Source: Lachnospiraceae bacterium (GTDB lineage: Bacteria > Bacillota > Clostridia > Lachnospirales > Lachnospiraceae). Taken from it: a DNA stretch of 64,000 nt. Position 1 is the first letter of the stretch. Each line of letters opens with the position of its first letter. The DNA is taken from positions 951 through 64,950 of the forward strand of contig JAGAIZ010000064.1 of NCBI GenBank assembly GCA_017626325.1, written 5' to 3'. Positions 8,418 to 17,282 of this stretch are shown here, piece after piece. The notes under the pieces were generated by a model. It worked only from the letters and a program-made list of their open reading frames with translations. It made no database searches and had not been told where the DNA came from. The translations under genes were made by a program, and so were the position numbers.

Positions 8418-9665
8418 ATGAGTAGCGAAATCAGAGACATTAATCTTGCCGAATCCGGTGAGAGAAAGATTGAGTGGGTGAAGAGGAACTGCGATCTTCT
8501 GCGTACACTGGAGAAGGAGTTTAGTGAAAGCAAGCCTTTTGCGGGCAAGAAGGTAACCCTGTCCGTGCATCTGGAAGCCAAGACCGCGTACCTGTGTCTT
8601 GTGCTGGCAGCAGGCGGCGCTAAGATGTATGTGACAGGCTCGAATCCCTTGTCTACCCAGGATGATGTGGCGGCTGCCCTTGTGAAAGCCGGACTTGAGG
8701 TGCACGCCTGGTATGACGCGACGCCGGAGGAATATGAGAATCATATTCGCGCGGCGCTGGCGGCAGGACCCAATATCATAATCGACGACGGCGGCGACCT
8801 GGTGAATATGGTGCACAAGGAAATGCAGCATCTGATTCCGAATATTATCGGCGGCTGCGAAGAGACGACTACGGGAATTATCCGTCTGGAAGCCATGAAC
8901 AAGGCGGGAGAACTGAAGTTCCCGATGGTTCGTGTTAACAATGCGGCATGTAAGCATTTCTTTGATAACAGATACGGCACGGGTCAGTCCGTGTGGGACG
9001 GCATTAACCGGACGACGAACCTGATCGTAGCGGGCAAAATCGTTGTTGTGGCAGGCTATGGCTGGTGCGGTAAGGGAACCGCTATGAGAGCCAAAGGGCT
9101 TGGCGCGCGGGTTATCGTGACAGAGATCGATCCTATTAAGGCAATCGAGGCGGTGATGGACGGTTTCGACGTAATGCCCATGAAGGAAGCCGCTAAGGTG
9201 GGTGATTTCTTCATAACCGTGACAGGCTGCGACGGCGTGATCGATCAGGAAGATTTTGCTGAGATGAAGGAAGGCGCGATTCTGTGCAACGCGGGGCATT
9301 TTGACTGTGAGATCGATATGGCGTGGTTAAAGGAGAACGCGGTAGAGACAAGAGAACAGCGCAAGAATATCATGGGCTATAAGCTGCCTACAGGGCAGTG
9401 GATTTTCGTGCTGGCAGAGGGACGTCTCGTTAATCTGGCGGCAGGCGACGGACATCCGGCGGAGATTATGGACATGAGCTTCGCGATTCAGGCATTGTCA
9501 GCCAAATATCTGGTGGAGCATGGCGGCGAGCTTACCGAGAAGCTGATCGATGTGCCGGAAGAAGTGGATAAGGATGTGGCAAGGCGTAAGCTTGCTTTCC
9601 TGGGCAAAGAGATCGACGTGCTGACCCCCAAGCAGGAGAAATATCTGAACAGCTATGCGCTGTAA
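8418..9665 (+). CDS. ahcY: Adenosylhomocysteinase
   Basis: 415 aa. The sequence is highly characteristic of the family (LAESGERKIEWV, NIIIDDGGDL, EETTTG, VVVAGYGWCGKG NAD motif, GHFDCEID, EGRLVNLAAGDGHP). A strong RBS AAGGAGG lies upstream. Confidence 0.95.
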   Translation: MSSEIRDINLAESGERKIEWVKRNCDLLRTLEKEFSESKPFAGKKVTLSVHLEAKTAYLCLVLAAGGAKMYVTGSNPLSTQDDVAAALVKAGLEVHAWYDATPEEYENHIRAALAAGPNIIIDDGGDLVNMVHKEMQHLIPNIIGGCEETTTGIIRLEAMNKAGELKFPMVRVNNAACKHFFDNRYGTGQSVWDGINRTTNLIVAGKIVVVAGYGWCGKGTAMRAKGLGARVIVTEIDPIKAIEAVMDGFDVMPMKEAAKVGDFFITVTGCDGVIDQEDFAEMKEGAILCNAGHFDCEIDMAWLKENAVETREQRKNIMGYKLPTGQWIFVLAEGRLVNLAAGDGHPAEIMDMSFAIQALSAKYLVEHGGELTEKLIDVPEEVDKDVARRKLAFLGKEIDVLTPKQEKYLNSYAL

Positions 9666-9775
9666 AGCCTGTACGGTGCATGAGTTGTGTTCTGTGCGGT
9701 TAGAATGTACAGGCTGCGTATAGATAAAATAAGCGGACTAAGAACAGACATGGTTATTTAGTAATAAAATAGAGG

Positions 9776-9817
9776 CAGTCGTTTACTTTGATCAAGGAGT
9801 AAACGCCTGTCTTTTTG
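9776..9817 (+). terminator. Rho-independent terminator candidate downstream of ahcY
   Basis: Stem CAGTCGTTTACT (9776-9787) pairs with AGTAAACGCCTG (9798-9809) with one internal mismatch. TCTTTTT follows. Confidence 0.55.
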
Positions 9818-9837
9818 CAAAAAGGAGACTCTCTATC

Positions 9838-11604
9838 ATGCAGGAAAATACGAAGACCTACCAGTCCGGAGAGCTGCTTAAGCGGTTTCTCCCTTATTAT
9901 AAGAAGTATTGGAGAATTGTGGTTATTGATTTATTCTGCGCGGGGCTCACGACTATATGTGAGCTGGTGCTGCCGATGATTATCCGGTTTATCACGAACA
10001 CGGGCATGAATGATCTGGCGTCTCTGACGGTGACGACGATTGTGCGGCTGGGCGTGCTGTATCTGTGCCTGCGCATCATCGACACGATGGCGAATTTCTA
10101 TATGGCATACACAGGGCATGTGATGGGTACGAGGATCGAGACAGATATGCGCAGGGACGCTTACGGGCATCTGCAGAAGCTGTCGGATACTTATTATAAC
10201 AACACAAAGGTGGGGCAGATTATGGGACGCATTACTAACGATCTGTTCGATGTGACGGAGTTTTCCCATCACTGTCCGGAGGAATTTTTTATTGCAGGCC
10301 TGAAAGCGGTGATTTCCTTTATCATTTTGGCACAGATCAGTGTGGGGTTGACCGTTATTATTTTCGCGGTAGTGCCTGTTATGGCGGTAACGTGTATTAT
10401 CATCAATCTGCGTATGCGGGAGGCATTCCGCAGGCAGCAGGTGCAGATCGGTGAACTGAATGCCCGGATTGAGGACAGTCTGCTGGGACAGAAGGTGGTT
10501 AAGGCCTTTACCAACGAGGAGAAAGAGAAGGAGAAGTTTGAGGAAGACAACCGCAAATTCTTCCGGTTGAAGAAAGAGACCTATAAATTCATGGCGGCGT
10601 TCCAGACTACGACCAGAGCCTTTGACGGACTCATGTACCTGGTTCTTCTGGTGGCCGGCGGTATCTTCATGGTGAAGGGGAAGATTGCGCCGGGAGATTT
10701 GGTGGCATATGTGATGTATGTGACGACGCTGATTGCGACCATACGGAGAATCATTGAATTTGCGGAGCAGTTCCAGCGGGGCATGACAGGAATTGAGCGT
10801 TTTGTTCAGATTATGGACAGCGATATTGAGATTTTCGACGAGCCGGGCGCGGTGGAGTGCGTCAGCCCACAGGGCAACATCTCCTTTTGCAATGTAAGCT
10901 TCGAGTATCCGGACGACCATAATGTGGTCTTTAAGGGCCTGAATCTGGATATCCGTTCCGGGGAAAAAATCGCGATCGTAGGACCTTCCGGCGGCGGCAA
11001 GACGACGCTGTGCAATCTGATACCCAGATTCTATGATATCGATCAGGGTGAGATTCTGTTAGACGGCAAGAACATTCATCATTATACCCTAAAGAGCCTG
11101 CGCCGGAATATCGGTATGGTGCAGCAGGATGTCTACTTATTCTCCGGCACGGTATACGAAAACATTGCTTATGGTAAAGAGCACGCGTCCAAAGAAGAGG
11201 TGATGGAAGCTGCGAAGCGCGCCGGGGCACATGAATTTATCATGGCGCTAAAGGACGGCTATGATACCTATGTGGGTGAGCGGGGCGTGAAGCTTTCCGG
11301 CGGACAGAAGCAGCGGATCAGCATTGCCCGTGTCTTTCTGAAGAATCCGCCCATTCTGATTCTGGACGAGGCTACCTCCGCGCTGGATAACGAGAGCGAG
11401 TTCCAGGTGGCGAGATCCTTAGAGGAACTGGCGAAAGGCAGAACCACGATTACCATTGCCCATCGTCTTTCCAGCATCCGCAATTCTGATCGTATTCTGG
11501 TGCTTACGGAGGATGGTATCGTGGAAGAGGGAACCCATGAGAGTCTGTTGGCCCAGGGCGGTATTTATTATCATTTCTATGTGACTGCCAATGAATTGAA
11601 ATAG
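9838..11604 (+). CDS. ABC exporter, fused permease/ATP-binding protein (MsbA/multidrug type)
   Basis: 588 aa with a six-helix N-terminal domain. It has Walker A GPSGGGKTT, signature LSGGQKQR and Walker B ILILDEATSALD. Confidence 0.9.
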   Translation: MQENTKTYQSGELLKRFLPYYKKYWRIVVIDLFCAGLTTICELVLPMIIRFITNTGMNDLASLTVTTIVRLGVLYLCLRIIDTMANFYMAYTGHVMGTRIETDMRRDAYGHLQKLSDTYYNNTKVGQIMGRITNDLFDVTEFSHHCPEEFFIAGLKAVISFIILAQISVGLTVIIFAVVPVMAVTCIIINLRMREAFRRQQVQIGELNARIEDSLLGQKVVKAFTNEEKEKEKFEEDNRKFFRLKKETYKFMAAFQTTTRAFDGLMYLVLLVAGGIFMVKGKIAPGDLVAYVMYVTTLIATIRRIIEFAEQFQRGMTGIERFVQIMDSDIEIFDEPGAVECVSPQGNISFCNVSFEYPDDHNVVFKGLNLDIRSGEKIAIVGPSGGGKTTLCNLIPRFYDIDQGEILLDGKNIHHYTLKSLRRNIGMVQQDVYLFSGTVYENIAYGKEHASKEEVMEAAKRAGAHEFIMALKDGYDTYVGERGVKLSGGQKQRISIARVFLKNPPILILDEATSALDNESEFQVARSLEELAKGRTTITIAHRLSSIRNSDRILVLTEDGIVEEGTHESLLAQGGIYYHFYVTANELK

Positions 11605-11726
11605 CGTTATTCAGGGATTTGAGATTTTCTATAAAAGGGATTGCATGAAGTATTGCGTATAAGGTATATTTAATATAGGGGTAGTAACCAGATATGGAGA
11701 GATAAAGAAAAGGGAAGCGTATAAGT

Positions 11727-12329
11727 ATGGGAGCATTGACAGCGAAAGACCAAGATAAAATGGCGGAAGTATCACAGATCTGTATGGCGCATTCCGCTAC
11801 GGCTCTGAATATGCTGATTAACCGGGAAGTTAAGATTCGCGTGCCTATGGTTAAGGTGGTAAACAGCGCGGATATTAAGAATATTCTGGCGGCGTTTGGC
11901 ATGGGCGGCGTGACGGTTCAGATAGATTTTAAGGATGATTTCAACGGCAACAATCTGCTGATGATGAAGGCGGACGATATTAAGATTATTATGGATCTTA
12001 TGATGGGCGGCGCCGGCGTTGCGGCGCCGGGCGAATTGAACGAGATGCATCTATCCTGTGTGGCGGAGGTTATGAATCAGATGATGGGGGCTTCTGCGAT
12101 CGTTCTGACGGAGATGATTCATAAGACCGTGGATATCAATCCGCCTAAGACGACCTTCGTGCAGACGCCGGCGGATATTAACGGGATAGATTTTCTTCCC
12201 TTTCCGGGGGATGAGATGACGCTTGTGGTCTGTCATTTCGAATCGGTGGGACTGTTGAAGGGGATTCTGATTCGAATTTATCCGATGAAGGAGACACGTT
12301 ATATCTGCGATAATTTCAGCGCCAGATAA
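11727..12329 (+). CDS. CheC/FliY-like domain protein
   Basis: 200 aa. LTAKDQDKMAEVSQICMAHSATALNMLINREVKIRVPMVKVV resembles the CheC/FliY N-terminal repeat. The second repeat, LSCVAEVMNQMMGASAIVLTEM, keeps E-x2-N. Confidence 0.6.
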   Translation: MGALTAKDQDKMAEVSQICMAHSATALNMLINREVKIRVPMVKVVNSADIKNILAAFGMGGVTVQIDFKDDFNGNNLLMMKADDIKIIMDLMMGGAGVAAPGELNEMHLSCVAEVMNQMMGASAIVLTEMIHKTVDINPPKTTFVQTPADINGIDFLPFPGDEMTLVVCHFESVGLLKGILIRIYPMKETRYICDNFSAR

Positions 12330-12430
12330 TTCGACGCTTTATGGCAGGATTCGATTGGAAGATTTTCACAAATAACAGGAGAGGATATATCGGCAAAACG
12401 CCGAAAATCAGCGATAATCACCGAAAAAAC

Positions 12431-12459
12431 TTACAACTGCCTTCAAAAAATGGTAAACT
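12431..12459 (+). promoter_or_regulatory. Sigma-A type promoter candidate for the CarD-family gene
   Basis: TTACAA (12431-12436), a 17-nt spacer ending in TGG, then TAAACT (12454-12459). Confidence 0.4.
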
Positions 12460-12516
12460 AATATATATTGAGGGATATATCGGAAATGTTGTGGTTGTGA
12501 GATTTTGGAGGGTGTT

Positions 12517-13032
12517 ATGTTTGAGAAGGGTGAATTGATAATGTGCGGCGGACATGGCGTCTGCCGCGTTGTTGACATTGTGGGAAATCCGATTGACCGG
12601 TTGGACAGGAAGAGAAAATACTATCTGCTAGAGCCGGTTTTCGAGAAGAGCAGCACAATATATACGCCGGTTGACAATGAGAAGGTCATCATGCGCAGAA
12701 TCATGAATAAGGAAGAGGCGGAAGAGTTAATCGAGCGTATTACGGGGATCGATACGGTCTGGATTCAGGAGGAAAAGCGCAGGGAGCAGATGTATAAGGA
12801 AGCTATCCGCACCTATGACTGTCAGAGTCTGGTGCAGATTATCAAGACGTTATACCTGCGTAAGCAGAACCGCCTGAAGGAAGGCAAGAAGGTGCTTTCC
12901 TCCGATGAACAATATCTGCGTAAGGCAGAAGAGCTTCTCTACAGTGAGATGTCGCTGGCGCTTGCTATTCCGAAGGAACAGGTAGAAGAGTATATTACGC
13001 AGGCGGTTGACAAACAGAACAGTATGGTATAG
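12517..13032 (+). CDS. CarD/CdnL family transcriptional regulator
   Basis: MFEKGELIMCGGHGVCRVVDI... is a CarD_CdnL_TRCF-type N-terminus, followed by a helical C-terminal domain. RBS GGAGGG lies ahead of the ATG at 12517. Confidence 0.85.
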   Translation: MFEKGELIMCGGHGVCRVVDIVGNPIDRLDRKRKYYLLEPVFEKSSTIYTPVDNEKVIMRRIMNKEEAEELIERITGIDTVWIQEEKRREQMYKEAIRTYDCQSLVQIIKTLYLRKQNRLKEGKKVLSSDEQYLRKAEELLYSEMSLALAIPKEQVEEYITQAVDKQNSMV

Positions 13033-13110
13033 GAGATACGGGATATTCCAAAACAATGAATTGGAATATCCCGTTTATAATGCTCTGCTTTCTTAGCTTA
13101 TTATATAGGG

Positions 13111-14313
13111 TTATTTTTCCTCGCATACCTGGAAAATATAGAACTTCAGATAATACGACTCTTCCGCCGCCCACAGAATCGGATGGTCCGGCGCCTGGGT
13201 GTGGAATTCCACCTGTCGGAGTCTCTTATGGGCGCCTCTTGCGGCTTCCCGGATGGTCTTCGCGAACAGTTCAGGATCCATGAAATGGGAGCAGGAGCAG
13301 GTGGCAAGGAAGCCGCCGTCCCGAACCAGCTTCAAGCCCCGCAGATTGATCTCACGGTAACCCTTTACGGCGTTTCTGACTGCCTGTCTGGATTTGGTAA
13401 ACGCGGGAGGATCGAGAATGACCACGTCGTAGCGCTCGCCCTGTGCTTCTAAGGAGGGCAGCAGGTCGAAGACATCCGCGCAAAGGAAAGAGACGCGGTC
13501 CTCCAGGCCGTTTCGCCGCGCGTTTTCCTGTGCCTGCCGGATACCAAGCTCCGAAGCGTCTACGCCCAGAACAGAAGCCGCTCCTGCAATACCGGCATTC
13601 AATGCAAAAGAGCCGGTGTGGGTAAAGCAGTCCAATACCTTTTTGCCGGGACACAGTTTCTGAACAGCGGCGCGGTTATTTTTCTGGTCAAGAAAGAAGC
13701 CGGTTTTCTGTCCGTCCTGTACATCCACGACATACTTCACACCGTTTTCCGTAATCTCTACTTTCGTGTCGAAGGGTTCTCCGATAAACCCCTTATAGCG
13801 GGGGAGCCCTTCCTGCAGACGCACTTTGGCATCGCTTCTTTCATAGACGCCGCGGACGGCAATACCGTCTTCCTTCAAAACAGATACCAGGGCTTCCAGA
13901 ATCAGGTTCTTAAGCCGGTCAATTCCTAAGGCCAGAGATTCTACCACCAGTACGTCGGAGAATTTGTCCACTACCAGGCCGGGCAGCCAGTCCGCTTCTC
14001 CGAAGATAAGACGGCAGCTATCCGTATCGATGACCTGCTTGCGGTATTCCCATGCGGCGCGGACGCGTTCCTTTATGAAATCCTCCGTGATGGGATGATC
14101 TTTATGGCGGCTCATGATTCTTACTGTGATCTTAGAGCTGGTATTGATGAAACCATAGCCCATAAAGTATCCGTCGAAATCATGTACGGCCACAATATCT
14201 CCGTTCTCAAAATCGCCGGCGATGGATGCGATTTCATTGTCGTATACCCAGGCGCCTCCGGCTTTCAGAGTACGTCCTTCTCCCTTTTTCAAAGTGACGA
14301 TCGTATGGTACAT
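13111..14313 (-). CDS. Class I SAM-dependent rRNA (cytosine-C5) methyltransferase, RlmI-like with a PUA domain
   Basis: N-terminal PUA-like region (LKKGEGRTLKAGGAWVYDNEI). SAM-binding motifs VLDCFTHTGSFAL and ILDPPAF are present. RBS GAAAGGCAGGA favours the ATG at 14313 over 14367. Confidence 0.85.
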   Translation of the reverse strand: MYHTIVTLKKGEGRTLKAGGAWVYDNEIASIAGDFENGDIVAVHDFDGYFMGYGFINTSSKITVRIMSRHKDHPITEDFIKERVRAAWEYRKQVIDTDSCRLIFGEADWLPGLVVDKFSDVLVVESLALGIDRLKNLILEALVSVLKEDGIAVRGVYERSDAKVRLQEGLPRYKGFIGEPFDTKVEITENGVKYVVDVQDGQKTGFFLDQKNNRAAVQKLCPGKKVLDCFTHTGSFALNAGIAGAASVLGVDASELGIRQAQENARRNGLEDRVSFLCADVFDLLPSLEAQGERYDVVILDPPAFTKSRQAVRNAVKGYREINLRGLKLVRDGGFLATCSCSHFMDPELFAKTIREAARGAHKRLRQVEFHTQAPDHPILWAAEESYYLKFYIFQVCEEK

Positions 14314-14599
14314 AGGAACAAATCCTGCCTTTCTTCTGTGTGATGTAATTTTTATGATAATAGTCATGAAATAATTATGATGACAATATTTTCAACTGCT
14401 TTTATACTAACTATCAGTGTACTTTATATTTTGAGCCCGGTCAATGCGGTATTGCTATCGGCCGGATTTGCCGCTATACTATTCTTAATATGGAGTTACA
14501 CGCCTATCGGCCGGTTTTCATGCCTGCCGTACAGGAATAAGGAATATGAAAAGAAACAGGAAACAAAATATTTATAATAAAGAAAGGACGCATACCTCT

Positions 14600-16834
14600 A
14601 TGAAAAAAGATGCAAAAATCGATACCAAAAAAATGGAAAAGGAAATTGACAAATTAGTGAAAAAGCTGACTCTGGATGAGAAGCTTTCCATGATTCACGG
14701 CGCGACGCTTTTCAAATCAGGCGCTGTAGAGAGACTGGGTATTCCGGCTGTGTCCACGTCTGACGGGCCGATGGGCGTCAGGGCGGAATTCATGAACGAC
14801 AGATGGATTCCCTCGGGCAATAATGACGATATGGTATCTTATCTGCCAAGCAACAGTGCGCTGGCTTCCACATGGAATACACAGCTTGCGCATGATATGG
14901 GGCATGTGCTGGGCGCGGAGGCAAGAGGACGCGGCAAGGATATGATCTTAGCGCCGGGCATCAACATCAAGCGCGATCCTAAGTGCGGCAGAAACTTTGA
15001 GTATATGAGTGAGGATCCCAAATTAACCGCTACGCTTGCGGTACCCTTCGTGCAGGGTGTACAGGAGAATGACGTGGCGGCATGTGTGAAGCATTTTGCG
15101 GCGAACGGTCAGGAGACGGACCGTCTGATGGTGGACGAAGAGATTGACGACAGAACCTTATATGAGATTTATCTTCCCGCATTCAAGGCGGCGGTACAGG
15201 AAGGCGGCGCTTATTCCGTGATGGGCGCTTACAACAAGATTAACGGCAGCCATTGCTGTGAAAGTAAGGATTTGCTGGATCTTGTGCTGCGTCATGAATG
15301 GGGTTATGACGGCGTTGTGATCAGCGATTGGGGCGGCGTGCATAATTCTAAGGAAGCAGCGGAATGCTCCATGGATCTGGAAATGTCTGTTTTCCCCGAT
15401 TTCGAGAATTATAAATTCGCCAATCCATTAAAGGAATTGATTCAGAAGGGTGAGGTTTCTGAGGAAAGAGTAAACGCTAAGGTCCGCAATATTCTGCGGA
15501 TGATGTACCGTCTTAAGATGATCGGCAAACAAAAGGACAGCAGGAAAGCAGGCGCTTACAATGCCCCTGAGCACCGTGAGGCGATTCTGCGCACGGCGGA
15601 GGAATCCATGATCTTATTAAAGAATGAGAAGGGTGCGCTTCCGCTGGATAAAAAGAAGATCAAAAAGCTGGTGGTAATCGGCCGGAACGCGGCTAAGATA
15701 CATTCTGACGGCGGCGGCAGCGCAGAAATCAAGGCGCTGTACGAGATCTGCCCGCTGATGGGACTTAAGATGTATCTGGGCGGAAACGTACAGGTTGAAT
15801 ATGTGAAGGGGTATCATGTCCCGGATAAGCCGAAAACCTTTGAGCAGAACTGGCAGGCAACCAGTCTGGACGATCTGGCGGATTCGGATGTGGGACAGGC
15901 AGTCAGAGACGAGGCCCACGAACAGGAGAACCACCGCAAAGGAGAAGAGCAGCGGCTCGCCCAGATAGAGAAGGAAAAAGCGGAGGTTCACGAGAAGAAC
16001 AAGAAGCTCTTTGCGCAGGCAGTAGAGGCGGCGCAGGATGCGGACGCGGTGATTTTCGTAGGCGGTCTGAATCATGATCTGGACAGCGAAGGATTTGACC
16101 GTTCTAACATGAAGCTTCCGTACGAACAGGATATTATAATAGAAGAGCTTCTTAAGGTAAGACCGGATATGATAGTAACGCTGATCGGCGGTTCTCCGGT
16201 AGAGATGCCCTGGAGAAACAAGGCGCAGACGATTCTGTGGAGTTATTATGCGGGTATGGAAACCGGCAATGCGTTTGCCAGGGTGATCTTCGGCGAAGTA
16301 AATCCTTCAGGAAAGCTGGCGGAGACTTTCCCTGCCAGATATGAGGACTGTGCGACAGGGCAGAACGGCCAGTTCGGCAAATGGGGATCGATCAGACTGG
16401 AGGAAGGCCTGTATTATGGATACCGCCATTTCGACCGTCAGCGTATTGCGCCGGCATTCTGCTTCGGACACGGGTTATCTTATACTGATTTTGAGTACAG
16501 CGGCCTGTCCATGAAAGCGGAGAAGGGCAGGAATGTGAAGCTGACTTTCACCGTTAAGAATACGGGTAAGCGAGCGGGCGCCGAGATTGCGCAGGTCTAT
16601 ATTGCGCCGATTGCAGCCAGGACGAACCGCCCGGTTAAGGAGTTGAAGGCGTATGCGAAAGTGGAACTGGCGGCGGGCAAGTCCGGGAAAGTCAGCCTGA
16701 CCTTGAACCAGCAGGATTTTGCGTATTTTGACGAGCATTTGCATGAATTTATAACGGATGCGGGCGATTATGAGATTCTGGTAGGCGCTTCCTGTGAAGA
16801 TATCCGCTTAAGAGGAATCGCCACCCTGGCATAG
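14600..16834 (+). CDS. Glycoside hydrolase family 3 beta-glucosidase
   Basis: GH3 motifs KHFAANGQE and the nucleophile segment GVVISDWGG, plus a C-terminal FnIII-like domain. No signal peptide. RBS AGAAAGGA favours the ATG at 14600. Confidence 0.9.
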   Translation: MKKDAKIDTKKMEKEIDKLVKKLTLDEKLSMIHGATLFKSGAVERLGIPAVSTSDGPMGVRAEFMNDRWIPSGNNDDMVSYLPSNSALASTWNTQLAHDMGHVLGAEARGRGKDMILAPGINIKRDPKCGRNFEYMSEDPKLTATLAVPFVQGVQENDVAACVKHFAANGQETDRLMVDEEIDDRTLYEIYLPAFKAAVQEGGAYSVMGAYNKINGSHCCESKDLLDLVLRHEWGYDGVVISDWGGVHNSKEAAECSMDLEMSVFPDFENYKFANPLKELIQKGEVSEERVNAKVRNILRMMYRLKMIGKQKDSRKAGAYNAPEHREAILRTAEESMILLKNEKGALPLDKKKIKKLVVIGRNAAKIHSDGGGSAEIKALYEICPLMGLKMYLGGNVQVEYVKGYHVPDKPKTFEQNWQATSLDDLADSDVGQAVRDEAHEQENHRKGEEQRLAQIEKEKAEVHEKNKKLFAQAVEAAQDADAVIFVGGLNHDLDSEGFDRSNMKLPYEQDIIIEELLKVRPDMIVTLIGGSPVEMPWRNKAQTILWSYYAGMETGNAFARVIFGEVNPSGKLAETFPARYEDCATGQNGQFGKWGSIRLEEGLYYGYRHFDRQRIAPAFCFGHGLSYTDFEYSGLSMKAEKGRNVKLTFTVKNTGKRAGAEIAQVYIAPIAARTNRPVKELKAYAKVELAAGKSGKVSLTLNQQDFAYFDEHLHEFITDAGDYEILVGASCEDIRLRGIATLA

Positions 16835-16982
16835 TACAATTACTGACAGGCAACGTATATTTTCCGGGCTGCGGGGACATCCTTACTACAGAAGCTTATT
16901 ACAGTATAGCTGCTGACAGATTGTAGAAAGGATGTAACCGTAGGAGCAGCCGTTCCTTCTGGTTATAAAGGAACACAGAGCG

Positions 16983-17222
16983 ATGGATTATAATGAATTG
17001 CCGATTGGCTTAGGACTGGCGTTTGCGACGAATCGTGCGGCGATGGAGCGGTTCGTGGATATGACGGACAATGAGAAAGAAGAATTTGTTGAGAGAAGCC
17101 GCAGCGTGATGTCGAAGAGCGAGATGGAGCGTCTGGTAGGGTCGCTGGCAGAGGATGACGAGGAGCCGGACATCCATCTGGAAGATGTGAAAGATATTTT
17201 TAAGGGACCGGGTATCGGCTAG
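16983..17222 (+). CDS. Hypothetical acidic 79-aa protein
   Basis: A clean ORF in an otherwise empty intergenic gap. I recognise no family. Confidence 0.4.
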   Translation: MDYNELPIGLGLAFATNRAAMERFVDMTDNEKEEFVERSRSVMSKSEMERLVGSLAEDDEEPDIHLEDVKDIFKGPGIG

Positions 17223-17282
17223 AGACGATACTGCTGCCGGAGGATTTCGGAAGGATATTTGGCATAGGGAGGTTATATCGGG

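Noticed and set aside
8415-10920. Long minus-strand ORFs 8415-9299 (294 aa) and 9931-10920 (329 aa)
   Set aside because: They are antisense to ahcY and to the ABC exporter respectively, both unambiguous genes. They are shadow frames.
12341-12538. 65-aa ORF between the CheC-like and CarD-family genes
   Set aside because: It spans the predicted promoter and overlaps the CarD-family start. It has no RBS and a lysine/arginine-rich, non-protein-like sequence.
14377-14577. 66-aa two-helix hydrophobic ORF between rlmI and the GH3 gene
   Set aside because: It could be a small membrane protein. However, it has no convincing RBS, it overlaps the long version of the GH3 ORF, and I recognise no homology. 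The support is not enough to call it a gene.
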